Below are positions 1 to 11,344 of a DNA stretch of 64,000 nt, in pieces. Under the pieces are notes generated by a model. The model had not been told where the DNA came from, did not search any database, and saw only the letters and a list, made by a program, of their open reading frames with translations. Both the position numbers and the translations under genes were made by a program. The first letter of the stretch is position 1. Every line of letters begins with the position of its first letter. Location: NCBI GenBank assembly GCA_965207255.1, contig OZ242276.1, positions 1,017,692 to 1,081,691 on the forward strand, read 5' to 3'. Origin of the DNA: Bryobacterales bacterium. Lineage in GTDB: Bacteria > Acidobacteriota > Terriglobia > Bryobacterales > UBA6623.

Positions 1-1
1 C

Positions 2-655
2 CATGTCTACGTGGACGGAGATACTGAGATCGGGCGTGACAACTGCTTCTATCCGTACTCAACGGTTGGCGTCGCACCCCAAGATCTCAAGTACCAAGGC
101 GAGCCATCGAAGACGACCATCGGCGACCGCAATCAGATCCGCGAGTTCTGCACGATCCATCGCGGCACTGCGGGCGGCGGCAGCTTGACTGCCATTGGAA
201 ACGACAATTTGCTGCAGGCCTATGCGCACGTTGCGCACGACTGCGCCGTGGGCTCGCACTGCGTCTTGTGCCACGCGGCGACACTAGGTGGCCACGTCAC
301 CGTGCAAGACTACGCCTGGGTGGGCGCTCACAGCGGCGTCCATCAATACTGTCGCATCGGCATCCACAGCTTCGTCGGGGGGTTCAGCGTCGTCACTCAG
401 GACGTGCTGCCATTCGCGACGGTAGTAAGCGAGCGCGAGACCAAGACGCATGGCATCAACGCTACGGGGCTGCAGCGACGGGGATTCTCCTCAGACGAGA
501 TCAAAGCCCTCAGGAGGGCCTTCAAGATCTTGGCTCAAACTCAACTCAACAACGACCAAGCCTTGGCCAAGATCGCCGAGGAACTGCCCGCTTCGCCGCA
601 CCTTGAGCGGATTCGCGACTTCGTCCGCAGCGCGAAGCGTGGATTCGTCCCGTGA
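2..655 (+). CDS. lpxA: UDP-N-acetylglucosamine O-acyltransferase (LpxA), 5' end cut by the window edge
   Basis: Hexapeptide-repeat (left-handed beta-helix) sequence with the LpxA-typical stretch 'APQDLKYQGE..TIGD.N.IREFCTIHRGT'. The frame is open back to position 2. lpxI follows with a 4-nt overlap. Confidence 0.85.
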   Translation, partial: HVYVDGDTEIGRDNCFYPYSTVGVAPQDLKYQGEPSKTTIGDRNQIREFCTIHRGTAGGGSLTAIGNDNLLQAYAHVAHDCAVGSHCVLCHAATLGGHVTVQDYAWVGAHSGVHQYCRIGIHSFVGGFSVVTQDVLPFATVVSERETKTHGINATGLQRRGFSSDEIKALRRAFKILAQTQLNNDQALAKIAEELPASPHLERIRDFVRSAKRGFVP

Positions 656-1464
656 AGTACGGACTGATAGCCGGTGGCGGGAGCTTTCCCCTGCTGACGT
701 TGAAGGCGGCGCGAGCGGCGGGCCACAAGATGGCCGTGGTGGCCGTCAAGGAGGAGGCTGCGCCAGAAGTGGAAGATCTGGCAGATTCCTGCCAGTGGGT
801 TTCGCTCGGCCAGCTATCGAAACTCATCGAGACTTTCCACGCCGAAGGGGTCAGCCAGGCGGTGATGAGCGGGCGCATCCAACACAAGCAGATCTTCTCG
901 GCAATCCGCCCGGACTGGCGCTTGCTCAAAGTGCTCAACAGCCTGCGCCGCAAGAACACCGATTCCCTGCTCGGCGCATTGGCGCAGGTCTTGGAGAGCG
1001 AAGGAATCTCGCTCCTCGATTCGACGCACTTTCTCTCCTCGAGCCTTGCTGGCGCCGGACCTAACGGCAGGCGCAAGCCATCGAAGGGCGAATTGAACGA
1101 CATCGCGTACGGCCGGGAAATCGCTCGGGCACTGGCGGGGTTCGACATCGGCCAGAGCGTGATCATCTGCGAGCAGGCCTGCGTGGCGGTGGAGGCCATG
1201 GAGGGTACCGACCTCTTGCTAGAGCGCGCAGAGGCCCTTTCAAATGGCCGGCGTCTGACTCTGGTGAAGGTGGCCAAGCCCAACCAAGACATGCGCTTCG
1301 ACGTGCCGGTGATCGGCCCGCGCACGATTCGCAAGATGCAGACCGCCAACGCAACGGCGGTCGCTGTCGACGCAGGAAAGACGCTGCTCCTCGAAAAGGA
1401 CCAGCTCATAGCAGGTGCGGATCAGGCGGGGATCGCGGTGTACGGCCTGACGCCCGCTGCATGA
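652..1464 (+). CDS. lpxI: UDP-2,3-diacylglucosamine pyrophosphatase LpxI (DUF1009 family)
   Basis: 'GLIAGGGSFPLL' N-terminus and 'DIGQSVII..ACVAVEAMEGTDLLLERA ... KPNQDMRFDVPVIGPRTI' match the LpxI/DUF1009 pattern. Translationally coupled to lpxA. Confidence 0.75.
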   Translation: MKYGLIAGGGSFPLLTLKAARAAGHKMAVVAVKEEAAPEVEDLADSCQWVSLGQLSKLIETFHAEGVSQAVMSGRIQHKQIFSAIRPDWRLLKVLNSLRRKNTDSLLGALAQVLESEGISLLDSTHFLSSSLAGAGPNGRRKPSKGELNDIAYGREIARALAGFDIGQSVIICEQACVAVEAMEGTDLLLERAEALSNGRRLTLVKVAKPNQDMRFDVPVIGPRTIRKMQTANATAVAVDAGKTLLLEKDQLIAGADQAGIAVYGLTPAA

Positions 1465-1496
1465 GGCCGGCACGCCGCCCGCACCGAGCAGACAAC

Positions 1497-2450
1497 TCAG
1501 TTGGCCGACAGGATTTCGGCAATCTCCAGCGCGGCGGAGCGAGCCTCGCTGAACTGCTCCGGGCTGAAACTGATAGCACCCACGCGAGGATGTCCGCCGC
1601 CGCCGTACCGTTCGCACAGTTCCGCGAGGTTGTGCGTCGGCTCGACCCGAGCCCACGGGTTGGAACCGACCGAGACCTTAGCGCGAAACCCGCCATCGAG
1701 CAGCGAAACCGTATAGGCGCTTTGCGGGTACAGGAAGTAGGGAATGAACTTGTTGTAGCCCTTGAGTCCAGTGCCCACCAGATCGAAGAAGACCACACCG
1801 GCACGATAGACCGCTCTCTCAGAGATCGTTTCCATCGTCCGCATGTGCCTCTCGTACAGCTTGCGGAACTCTTGCTTGTAGTCGGGCCTCTCGACAATCT
1901 CATCCAATGGTTCGGTCTCGAGCAGCGGTATGACGCCGCGCGTCATGTTTGTCTCGGCTGATTCGACGATGAGGTTGAGCTTGAGCGCCGGCTCCTTCAT
2001 CTCCACCGCAACTTTGGCGCTCGGATGCTGCGCCCCGTCAAGAACATCGGCCCAATGAATGAGGTCTGCTAGGTGTTCGGAGTCAAAGCCGAATTTCGCG
2101 GCGAGCGTGTTGGCGATGAACTTGGTACAAGACTTGTAGCCCGGGTCGAAGAACTTCCTGCCCGAGCGATCTCTGCGGAAATGCTCGGCATCAGCCTCGG
2201 ACAAGAAGGCGCTCTGGTGGTGATCGAACCACCACGTCACCCGTTCTGACGGCGAGTACTTGAAGTCGACGATGACGTTGATATCGCCATCGAAGTCGCT
2301 CTCGTTGAATAGCTGATCGGCGCGGTGGTATAAGCCGGCGTACGACAGTTCGGCGTCAGGAGCAAGCGAACGCCTGACAAAGTTCGAGAACAACGCTGCG
2401 GAGCACGCCCCGTCGAAGCAGCGGTCATGGTGCAGAATCTTGACGCGCAT
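1497..2450 (-). CDS. DHH/DHHA1-family phosphoesterase-like protein
   Basis: N-terminal 'ILHHDRCFDGACSA' and C-terminal 'GGGGHPRVGA' (DHHA1-like GGGH motif). The start is taken at MRVKILHH rather than the longest ORF. Confidence 0.6.
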   Translation of the reverse strand: MRVKILHHDRCFDGACSAALFSNFVRRSLAPDAELSYAGLYHRADQLFNESDFDGDINVIVDFKYSPSERVTWWFDHHQSAFLSEADAEHFRRDRSGRKFFDPGYKSCTKFIANTLAAKFGFDSEHLADLIHWADVLDGAQHPSAKVAVEMKEPALKLNLIVESAETNMTRGVIPLLETEPLDEIVERPDYKQEFRKLYERHMRTMETISERAVYRAGVVFFDLVGTGLKGYNKFIPYFLYPQSAYTVSLLDGGFRAKVSVGSNPWARVEPTHNLAELCERYGGGGHPRVGAISFSPEQFSEARSAALEIAEILSAN

Positions 2451-2637
2451 GAACCGGGTGAAGCCCAATCATATCGCGCCGACCAGTGAGAGGCGCAGAT
2501 CGCGGCGCCTCACGGCGGCCAGAGCGCCCGTCCCATTACGGCTGCGGTCGAGACGAACGAACGGGCATCGCTATCGGTTGCGTTGCCCAGAATGGAAGCG
2601 TGACACAACTCCACCGCGTCGGACTTCCTGGCCGTAG

Positions 2638-4116
<1,479 letters not shown>

Positions 4117-4119
4117 CGG

Positions 4120-5862
4120 CTATTCAGGCACACCCCGCTCTGCGGTCGAGTACACCTCGATTCCGCTCAAGTTCGTTGCCAGGACTCGCGTGTCGCGCAG
4201 CTCGTCCTCGGTGCAAGTCAGGATGTCTCGGTCAACGATCACGAAATCAGCGTACTTGCCGGGTTCGAGCGACCCCTTGACGCCCTCTTCAAACGTCAGA
4301 TAGGCTGCATTGAGCGTCCACATCCGCAAGGCTTCCTCGCGCGAGATTTTCTGTTCGGGGTTATGCACCGCGCCGTCAGCGGTGGTACGCGTGACCGCTA
4401 TCCACATCCCAAAAAACGGATCGAAAGGATTGACGGCTTCCCGGGCGTCGAACTTGATCATGTGATCCGAGCCCCCGGCGACGACCACGCCCGCATCAAG
4501 GATCGAGCGGAAGGGCTGCAAGGTGCCCATGCGGCTCGGCCCAAGCACGCTTGCTAACGCCGGGCCGTCAAAGTGGTACCAAGCGGGCTGCATGTCGGCA
4601 ACGACTCCCAACGCGGCGGCACGTCGAATGGCGTCCCCGCTGAGAAAGTTTGCGTGAGTGAGGGTGAACCGACGGTCGGTGATCGGCAGCTTGCGATTGA
4701 CCGCTTCATAAGCATCCAGCAGGACATCGGTTGATCCGCCACCGGTCGTATGAGCGGTCATTTGCCAGCCAAGGCGCGCAGCCAGTGTCACGATCTGCTC
4801 GAGATCGCTAGGACGGATGCGCAATTCGCCGCGATAGTCGGCATCTTCGAATCCATAGACCTGTGTGTTCCGACCGTAAGGCGCCCGCATGAAGGCCGTG
4901 CCGAGCAAGATGCCGCCATCTAGAACAACTTTCAATGAACCCACACGGAACATTTCATCGCCATGACCGGTGACCGCGCCAATACCTTCGATCTCCGCCA
5001 GCACCTCGTTGATCGGTCGTTCTGCGTTGACCAGGCGTGTGACCGATGTCCGCACCCGCAACTTGCCCTGCTGCCACAGGTGTTGATACGCCCGGAAGCC
5101 AGCCGCCGATTGACTGCGATCGGTAACGCTTGTCAGCCCGGCCTCGCTATACGCCCGCTGCATTGCGGCCAGCGCGGCGACCATTTCGCCGTGGCTTTGA
5201 ACGCGCGTTTGCAGCAGCGGTGCCACCAGCTGGCGTGCACCGATAATCAGGCCGGTGGGCTCGCCTGCGCTGTTGCGGAGCAGCTTGCCGTTGGACGGAT
5301 CCGGGGTCTCAGCGGAGATCCCGGCCATCTTGAGGGCTGCCGAATTGAGAACCGCGGCATAGCCGTTGTCGAGCATCACGGCGCGATCCTTGGCGTACCC
5401 ATCGATCTCCCAGCGATCCGGATAGCGGCGCTCCCGGAGGCGGGTGGAATACACTTTCGGAACATAGATCAAGCCCTGTCCGGAAGGCTGCCCTTCGATG
5501 AATCGCCGCACGGCCTCGAAACTCTGCAATACGGGGATCTCGCCATCTGCTTCAGCCAGCGCCGCCCTGATGGGATGGACATGGCTATCAATGAGCCCGG
5601 GCAGCACCGTCTTGCCCTGCAGGTTCACCTGGCGGGTCCGAGGCCCGGTCTTGCGGCCCACAATCTGGGTCGTGCCGACATCCAAGATGCGCCCCGATGA
5701 GACGGTCATGGATTCGACCACGGGACGCTCGTCCCACATGGTGATGATCTTGCCGTTGTAATAGAGCGTGTCGGCGGGGCCGGCCGGAATGTCACGCTGC
5801 GGAGGCCACTGCTGGGGCCGCGCCACCGAACCGACCAGCAGCAAGAGCACGAGCAGCCGCAT
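4120..5862 (-). CDS. Secreted metal-dependent amidohydrolase (amidohydrolase-3/YtcJ-like)
   Basis: 'LPGLIDSHVHP' metal-binding motif and a C-terminal 'GSDH' region. A signal-peptide-like 'MRLLVLLLLVGS' is used as the start. Confidence 0.75.
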   Translation of the reverse strand: MRLLVLLLLVGSVARPQQWPPQRDIPAGPADTLYYNGKIITMWDERPVVESMTVSSGRILDVGTTQIVGRKTGPRTRQVNLQGKTVLPGLIDSHVHPIRAALAEADGEIPVLQSFEAVRRFIEGQPSGQGLIYVPKVYSTRLRERRYPDRWEIDGYAKDRAVMLDNGYAAVLNSAALKMAGISAETPDPSNGKLLRNSAGEPTGLIIGARQLVAPLLQTRVQSHGEMVAALAAMQRAYSEAGLTSVTDRSQSAAGFRAYQHLWQQGKLRVRTSVTRLVNAERPINEVLAEIEGIGAVTGHGDEMFRVGSLKVVLDGGILLGTAFMRAPYGRNTQVYGFEDADYRGELRIRPSDLEQIVTLAARLGWQMTAHTTGGGSTDVLLDAYEAVNRKLPITDRRFTLTHANFLSGDAIRRAAALGVVADMQPAWYHFDGPALASVLGPSRMGTLQPFRSILDAGVVVAGGSDHMIKFDAREAVNPFDPFFGMWIAVTRTTADGAVHNPEQKISREEALRMWTLNAAYLTFEEGVKGSLEPGKYADFVIVDRDILTCTEDELRDTRVLATNLSGIEVYSTAERGVPE

Positions 5863-5939
5863 CACCGCAATCGTATTCCGCCTACGGAAGCAGTACGCCC
5901 CCCGGCATCCAGCTCGCCTCGCGAGGCGACTAGGCGACG

Positions 5940-6806
5940 CTACCAAGTCGGGTCGCCTGGGCGGCCAATCATCGGCTCGCCTTCAACATATCCGAGCGAG
6001 GCCAGAAAACGGTCCATGTGCCAGACGGTGTTCGTGTACGCGGCACGGCTGCGACTGTAGTTGAAAAAGCCGTGCGGGCGGCCCTCGTAGCCGACCAACT
6101 CGCAACGGTTGCCAACATTCTTCATCGCATCGCAAAACGTCTCGGCGGTCTCGAATGGAACCGTCGTGTCGGCTCTGCCATGGAACACGATCGTGGGCGG
6201 ATCACTCGCGTCAACCTGCTGTAATGGCGAGATCGCTTTGATACGCTCGCCGCCGCGTTCGAATCTGGGGGAAAGATCCGTGACCGGGTTGAACAGCAAC
6301 AGTGCGTCGGGCTTGGAACTGACAGACATGTCCTCGCCCTGCTCGTCAAGCCCGTCGATCACGCCGGTCGTAGCCGCTACGTGGCCGCCGGCGGAACCGC
6401 CGCCAGCCGCAATCCGGTTGGGATCGACACCTAGTTCCGCAGCGTGCTGGCGAACCCAGCGCACCGCGGACTTGCCATCGGCGACACACTCCGTCGGCGT
6501 GGTGCCATGGCTGCCCCGTGTCCGGTACTGGGCGCTAATAGCGACCATACCGCGCGAAGCCAGATAGCGGCTCTGCGGAAAGAATTGCGTCGGAGTGCCA
6601 CCAACCCAGCCCCCGCCGAAAAAGAAGACGGCAGCCGCACGCTTGTCGCTGGCTTTCCATCCCTCGGGCAGGAAGACGTGCAACTCCAACGGATCCTTAT
6701 CGAATTCTTTGAATACGATTTCTTTGTCCGGCTCGAATTCGCGCTGCTGTGCGAAGGCAACAGCACTGGCGAAGACTAGCAAGCAGGCGAGGGCGCGCAG
6801 TTTCAT
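5940..6806 (-). CDS. Secreted alpha/beta-hydrolase (esterase/lipase, abhydrolase-3-like)
   Basis: Signal peptide, oxyanion 'FFFGGGW' and nucleophile-elbow-like 'GGSAGG' motifs. Confidence 0.7.
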   Translation of the reverse strand: MKLRALACLLVFASAVAFAQQREFEPDKEIVFKEFDKDPLELHVFLPEGWKASDKRAAAVFFFGGGWVGGTPTQFFPQSRYLASRGMVAISAQYRTRGSHGTTPTECVADGKSAVRWVRQHAAELGVDPNRIAAGGGSAGGHVAATTGVIDGLDEQGEDMSVSSKPDALLLFNPVTDLSPRFERGGERIKAISPLQQVDASDPPTIVFHGRADTTVPFETAETFCDAMKNVGNRCELVGYEGRPHGFFNYSRSRAAYTNTVWHMDRFLASLGYVEGEPMIGRPGDPTW

Positions 6807-7138
6807 CGCATCAAGTCTAGCACTAGGCTGATCCGCAATCGTGACAGTCAGCCTTGCCTGTCAGCCTCGCCGAAACGAGGCGGTGTTAGACTGATCGACC
6901 GGTCACTCGGAACGGCGAGGAAGCAACCTGCACCCGACCGTAGAGGCCCTTCTGTAGTGCGCGCGGCTCGGCCACATTGCCACTGTCTTGGTGCCCCGGA
7001 ATCACGTTCAGACAGTGCTACCGGTGCTAGGCGCGGCCCGAGCGACCGACTAGGTCGCAGGCCAGATCCGGCGTCCATGAACGGGATTTGATCGCGCACG
7101 GGGGATTCTGGCGCGACAGAATGGCCGTTCGAGCATTC

Positions 7139-7534
7139 TCATATCTTTGGTCCGCTCTCGAGCTGTTGCCGGAGCCTTTCGACGCGTCGCCGGTTGACTC
7201 CGAAATCCCAGAACAGTGCGAGCCGTGACGCAGCGCGCACGTGGATCACTCGCTCCTCTGGGAACAGACGAAACTCCATGTCGTCGGGATATCCGAACCG
7301 GGTCCGGCGTACGACATGGAGATAGCTGTCCGTTTCCGTGACGACCTCCGTGCGTGGCATGCAGAGCACAAGGGCCTTCAGGAGACCGAAATAGACGGTG
7401 GCGGCCCCTGACACGGCGAAGGGCTCAACCCGGTTGAGGCGCGAAGCGTCGTCTCGGCTGCATACGCACTTGGGCCACCACGGGCAGGGAGAGAGTTGCC
7501 GGGACGCGACATCGGCTTGCCTAGTCCTCGTCAT
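7139..7534 (-). CDS. DUF1499 family protein
   Basis: 'SPCP..PKCVCS' followed by 'DDMEFRL......I.VR.ASR.....DFGVNR.R' resembles DUF1499. Confidence 0.6.
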   Translation of the reverse strand: MTRTRQADVASRQLSPCPWWPKCVCSRDDASRLNRVEPFAVSGAATVYFGLLKALVLCMPRTEVVTETDSYLHVVRRTRFGYPDDMEFRLFPEERVIHVRAASRLALFWDFGVNRRRVERLRQQLESGPKI

Positions 7535-7649
7535 GCCATTGGTGCAGACAGCCCAAAACCAACCATAGCGAAGATCCGCCGGATGCTACCGGGCACGCCC
7601 TGTAGGCGCAGACCAATGGCCGCGTGCTGCTGATGGACGGCGACAAGCA

Positions 7650-10343
7650 CTACTCGTACTTGGCCACGAACGACGCGCCGGGCTCGTCCACTAGGGCATG
7701 GATCGAGTGACTGATCTCGGTCTCGATGGCATCGCCAGCAGCCGTGCGGATACTGATGCCGGTCATCATCTGCATGACCGGTCTGAGATCGTCCACCACG
7801 ATCCGGACGGTCTTGCGATCTGGCAGCAGCGTGGCGGACCGTACCGTCATCTCCTCGACTCCTTGGTCGCCATTCAGCTTCCAGCGGTCAGAGCCGTAGC
7901 GGCTGAGCCACTTGTAGTTCCAGCGCTTCGCGCGGTAGTTGGCAGGATCTTCGGCGCTCACCGGATCTAGCTCGTGCAGGAAGGAGACATCGATGCCCTT
8001 CTTGCTGACATGCAGTTCGCTCGGAACCAGCACTTTGCCGCCCGTGAATCGCGCACGATAGAATCCGCCCACCGCCTTGCGCTTGGTGCCCCAGCCATAC
8101 AGGCCCACCAAGTACAGGTTGCCATCGCTCTGGCGGAAGTCCGGCCGCATCAGGCCGGAATCGAAATCGACGGGCAGCTCAACAGCGCCACCCTGCACGT
8201 CATCGCCGATGTTCTCCATCAGCACCAGGAAGATCTTGCCCCGGCCGAACGACGAATGCACTAGGTGCCCCTTGAACGGCCCCCACTTGTCCGATCCGAT
8301 CCACGCTTGGCCAGCGCCGGAATTGTCTACCGAGATCGGAAGCCAGGTGATCGGATTGTCATAGGTGGTCCGCTCGCCGATGCTTCCGCCCCACATGTAG
8401 CCATGGAAACTGCCCGGCGAGCAGAGATTGACGCGAGTGGAAGGAATCCAGTGGCCCTCTTGGTCGGAGGTCGTGATCTCGCCATTCGGGCCGACGGCGA
8501 CTCCGTTGGGAACGCGGAAGCCTGTGCAGACAACTTCCAAGTTCTTGCCGTCCGGGTCCATCTTGAAGATCACCCCGTGGTGCTTGACCTTGGCGGGCAG
8601 GGCGTGACGAGCCGCTTTCGCAAAGTAGAAGTTGCCTTCCCTGTCCCGGTCGAGATCAAAGGTGAACTCGTGGAAATGGTGCGTGACATGGAACTCGTTG
8701 TTGAAGTTTTCGTAGTAGTCGGCCTGCCCGTCTTGGTTCAAGTCGTGCAGAACCGTGATTTGATCCCGGTCCAAGACGTACACCTTGCCGTCCACGACTT
8801 CCAAGCCCTGAGGCATGTGGAAGCCCACCGCATAGCGACTCCACGTGAGCTTGTCCAAGTCCTCGTCGACACCGTCGACGATCCAGATATCTCCGGACCA
8901 TGTCGCTACGGCCGCCCGATCATCGTCGAAGAAGGCGAAGTCGGTCGGTCGAAACCACGAATTCCACGGATTTTCGAACGGCAGAGTAATCTCGTCCACC
9001 GTCCACGCGCCGGTGCCTGTACCTAAGCGCCCCTGCGTTTCGACGGTCCTGCGGTAGGTGCGGGGACCGCCCCGAGTGTAGGGCTCGAGCCGCTCGGGCC
9101 GGGGGGCTTCCCGCAACGCACCAGCGAATGCCCCTAGCCGCTCGGAACGCACACCGGCGTAGTAGAGCGTGAAGCGCTGCGTCTCGCCAGACCGGGGAAT
9201 GCTCAGGCGAACTTCGCCCGTCGCCGACAGATCCCATCTGGCCTTCTTGCCCAGACCGGCAACACCGATGGCGGTGCCCTCGTCGCTGCCGAGATGCACG
9301 AGATGTTCAATCGCCGGCCCATTGCTCTGGTTGAGTTTCTTGAGCGAGAGCTGACGTGCTTGCCCATCTGGCAGGGCAGCCACTTCGAGCAAGAGCGCTT
9401 CCGTCGTAGGGCCGATCTCAAAGGTCCGTGTTAGCGCCTCAACGCCCCAATCGGTCTCGAGGCCCGGCAGTTCGAGCACGTTGGCATCGCCCACCCTGTA
9501 CTCAAGCACCACCTTGTCGCCGAACATGTAGCGTCCCTTGTACTTGGCCCAATCTCTCGGCAGCGGGCCAAAACCCTCGGGGCGGGGGTCGGCGAAGCTG
9601 CCGTCGCGCGCCCAACCCGGCGCGACCGGGGTCTCAAAGACCGGCTCGCCGTCCAAGTGGGGGTGCGGTCCATGCCTCCAGTCATAGACCGTGCCGGTCA
9701 ACACGTATCGGGGACCGTTCCAACCGGCCGACATGCGCAGCAGTTCGGTGTCGAAAATCACCCCGGCCCGGCGGTCGGCCTCGAGCATGACGGCGTGGGA
9801 CTTGTAGCTGATGTTGTCGCCGGGCTGCTTGTCTGCCCGCGGATCTTCCGGCTCCTTCACAGTCGCGCTGGCCGAGATCACCGGGCCATAGTCCATGTGC
9901 AGCCAAGGCTGTTCCTCGCGCTTGGTGCTGTCGTCGAACCGCGTGCTGGCGAAGGGTGCGCCTTGGTCGATCCAAGCGCGCAGGATGCCGATCTGTTCGG
10001 CAGTCAGCGGGCCGCCCGCCGGCGGCATGATCAGATTCTCTTCCAGTCCGGCGACAAGCTGGATCAAGCGGCTGTTCGCACTGTCGCCTCTAACGAAACC
10101 GGGCTTGCCGGAATAGCCGCCGCGCTCGGCGGACTTCCCGCGCCACAGGCTATAGCCGTTCATCGCGGCATCGTCGCCGTGGCAGGCATAGCAGTGCTGG
10201 ACGAAAATCGGATCGACATCCTGCATGAAATCGATCTTGCGGTCGACGGGTGGCGGCAGTTCGGCGGCGGACGAGAACTGTGAAGTTCCGGCTAGAGCGA
10301 GCAGAATGGCAGCGCTCAAGGTCAAGCGAGGTCGGAGCGACAT
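7650..10343 (-). CDS. Secreted c-type cytochrome (PSCyt1-like) fused to a beta-propeller domain
   Basis: Signal peptide, N-terminal haem motif 'CYACHG' in a 'DF..DV.PI....C..CHG' context, and a long repeat-rich C-terminal body. Confidence 0.7.
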   Translation of the reverse strand: MSLRPRLTLSAAILLALAGTSQFSSAAELPPPVDRKIDFMQDVDPIFVQHCYACHGDDAAMNGYSLWRGKSAERGGYSGKPGFVRGDSANSRLIQLVAGLEENLIMPPAGGPLTAEQIGILRAWIDQGAPFASTRFDDSTKREEQPWLHMDYGPVISASATVKEPEDPRADKQPGDNISYKSHAVMLEADRRAGVIFDTELLRMSAGWNGPRYVLTGTVYDWRHGPHPHLDGEPVFETPVAPGWARDGSFADPRPEGFGPLPRDWAKYKGRYMFGDKVVLEYRVGDANVLELPGLETDWGVEALTRTFEIGPTTEALLLEVAALPDGQARQLSLKKLNQSNGPAIEHLVHLGSDEGTAIGVAGLGKKARWDLSATGEVRLSIPRSGETQRFTLYYAGVRSERLGAFAGALREAPRPERLEPYTRGGPRTYRRTVETQGRLGTGTGAWTVDEITLPFENPWNSWFRPTDFAFFDDDRAAVATWSGDIWIVDGVDEDLDKLTWSRYAVGFHMPQGLEVVDGKVYVLDRDQITVLHDLNQDGQADYYENFNNEFHVTHHFHEFTFDLDRDREGNFYFAKAARHALPAKVKHHGVIFKMDPDGKNLEVVCTGFRVPNGVAVGPNGEITTSDQEGHWIPSTRVNLCSPGSFHGYMWGGSIGERTTYDNPITWLPISVDNSGAGQAWIGSDKWGPFKGHLVHSSFGRGKIFLVLMENIGDDVQGGAVELPVDFDSGLMRPDFRQSDGNLYLVGLYGWGTKRKAVGGFYRARFTGGKVLVPSELHVSKKGIDVSFLHELDPVSAEDPANYRAKRWNYKWLSRYGSDRWKLNGDQGVEEMTVRSATLLPDRKTVRIVVDDLRPVMQMMTGISIRTAAGDAIETEISHSIHALVDEPGASFVAKYE

Positions 10344-10559
10344 ATTGAATCGCCACTATTGTAGGTGGGCGGCGGAGCGTGTTGTCGAGACATGGGTTGA
10401 AGCGAAATCGGTTGTTCGCGTCGCCAGACCTCTCGGTTAGCGAGGAGGCCGCTACCGCGAATCTCCACTGGACGGGTAGGCACGCAAGCCGAACCTGTAT
10501 CCAGCGAGCCGCAGCCATCATTGGCTCTCGACCGCCGCAATCCGGGGCTTGGCTGGAGC

Positions 10560-11126
10560 CTACGCTCCGGCGTTGACAACGGCCGCAATTCCCGCACCGG
10601 TCCCATATGCGACGACTGCTACCAAGACACCCAGACCCAGCATCTCAAGACCGCTGACCCACCAACGGCTAGCCGTGACAAGTGAACGCAGTGCACCGAC
10701 TGCGAATTGCGCGACGAGCGCCAACACTGACGACAGCAAGAATTGAAGCTCCAAGTCCGGCAGAACATAGGGCAAGAGAGGAATTGCGCCTGCGACTGCG
10801 AACGCGAAGAACGTTGCCAAGCCGTGCCGCGCCGGATTCGCCTCCTCTTCAGGCAGGTTCTGCCTTTCCCTAGCGCTTTCCCGAGCACGAATACTCAAGA
10901 AGTTGCCGACACCCATCGACAGGCCGTCAGCGAACAGGTTGGCAACGCCGACGATTAGCACCGCGGTCGACGACAAAGCTCCCCCGGAGACCCCCGCGAC
11001 GATTGCGTAGCTGGTCAGTATCCCGTCATTCGTGCCGTAAATCAGATCCCCGATGTAGTGCTGTGCGGTTTCGTACGCCCCGTGAGGTGTACGGTGCAGG
11101 GAAGGACGATTCGAGACGTGTCGCAT
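10560..11126 (-). CDS. VIT1/CCC1-family iron/manganese transporter
   Basis: 'YGTNDGILTSYAIVAGVSGG' plus multiple TM segments. The N-terminal start is uncertain. Confidence 0.75.
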   Translation of the reverse strand: MRHVSNRPSLHRTPHGAYETAQHYIGDLIYGTNDGILTSYAIVAGVSGGALSSTAVLIVGVANLFADGLSMGVGNFLSIRARESARERQNLPEEEANPARHGLATFFAFAVAGAIPLLPYVLPDLELQFLLSSVLALVAQFAVGALRSLVTASRWWVSGLEMLGLGVLVAVVAYGTGAGIAAVVNAGA

Positions 11127-11306
11127 TGCTGCATGATAGCGGTGGCGGGCGTCCCAGAAATTGGCTAGTTGACTGGGGGTTACCGCTGGGAAATCAAGTA
11201 GTGCTAACCGCGAAGGCTGGAGTAGCAGGTGGAAGAAGAGGGCCCGGCCGCCGAGCCTCTCAACTACGCGGTACAGCCTGCAGCACTACCAACGGGACCC
11301 AGCACT

Positions 11307-11344
11307 ATGTTTCGCGCCTAAATGATGTTTCGCGCCTAAATGAT
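11307..11344. repeat. Perfect tandem duplication of the 18-mer 'atgtttcgcgcctaaatg' (2 copies plus 'at')
   Basis: Read directly: 11307-11324 is identical to 11325-11342, and the next two bases repeat the unit start. Confidence 0.9.

Noticed and set aside
546-1409. Long antisense or alternative-frame ORFs throughout the track (for example 546-1409 minus, 2833-3600 minus, 8265-9026 plus, 26438-27301 minus, 60421-61098 minus, 62565-63575 minus)
   Set aside because: They overlap strongly supported genes on the other strand or frame. Their translations are Arg/Ala/Gly/Pro-rich low-complexity sequence with no motifs, which is the typical shadow-ORF behaviour of ~65% GC DNA.
6807-7138. 332-bp intergenic region with hairpins (for example gcctcg-ccgaaa-cgaggc near 6866-6883), considered as a possible ncRNA such as SRP or 6S
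   Set aside because: It has no conserved SRP, 6S or RNase P sequence blocks that I recognise. The 83-aa ORF there looks like noise, and there is nothing to support a call.
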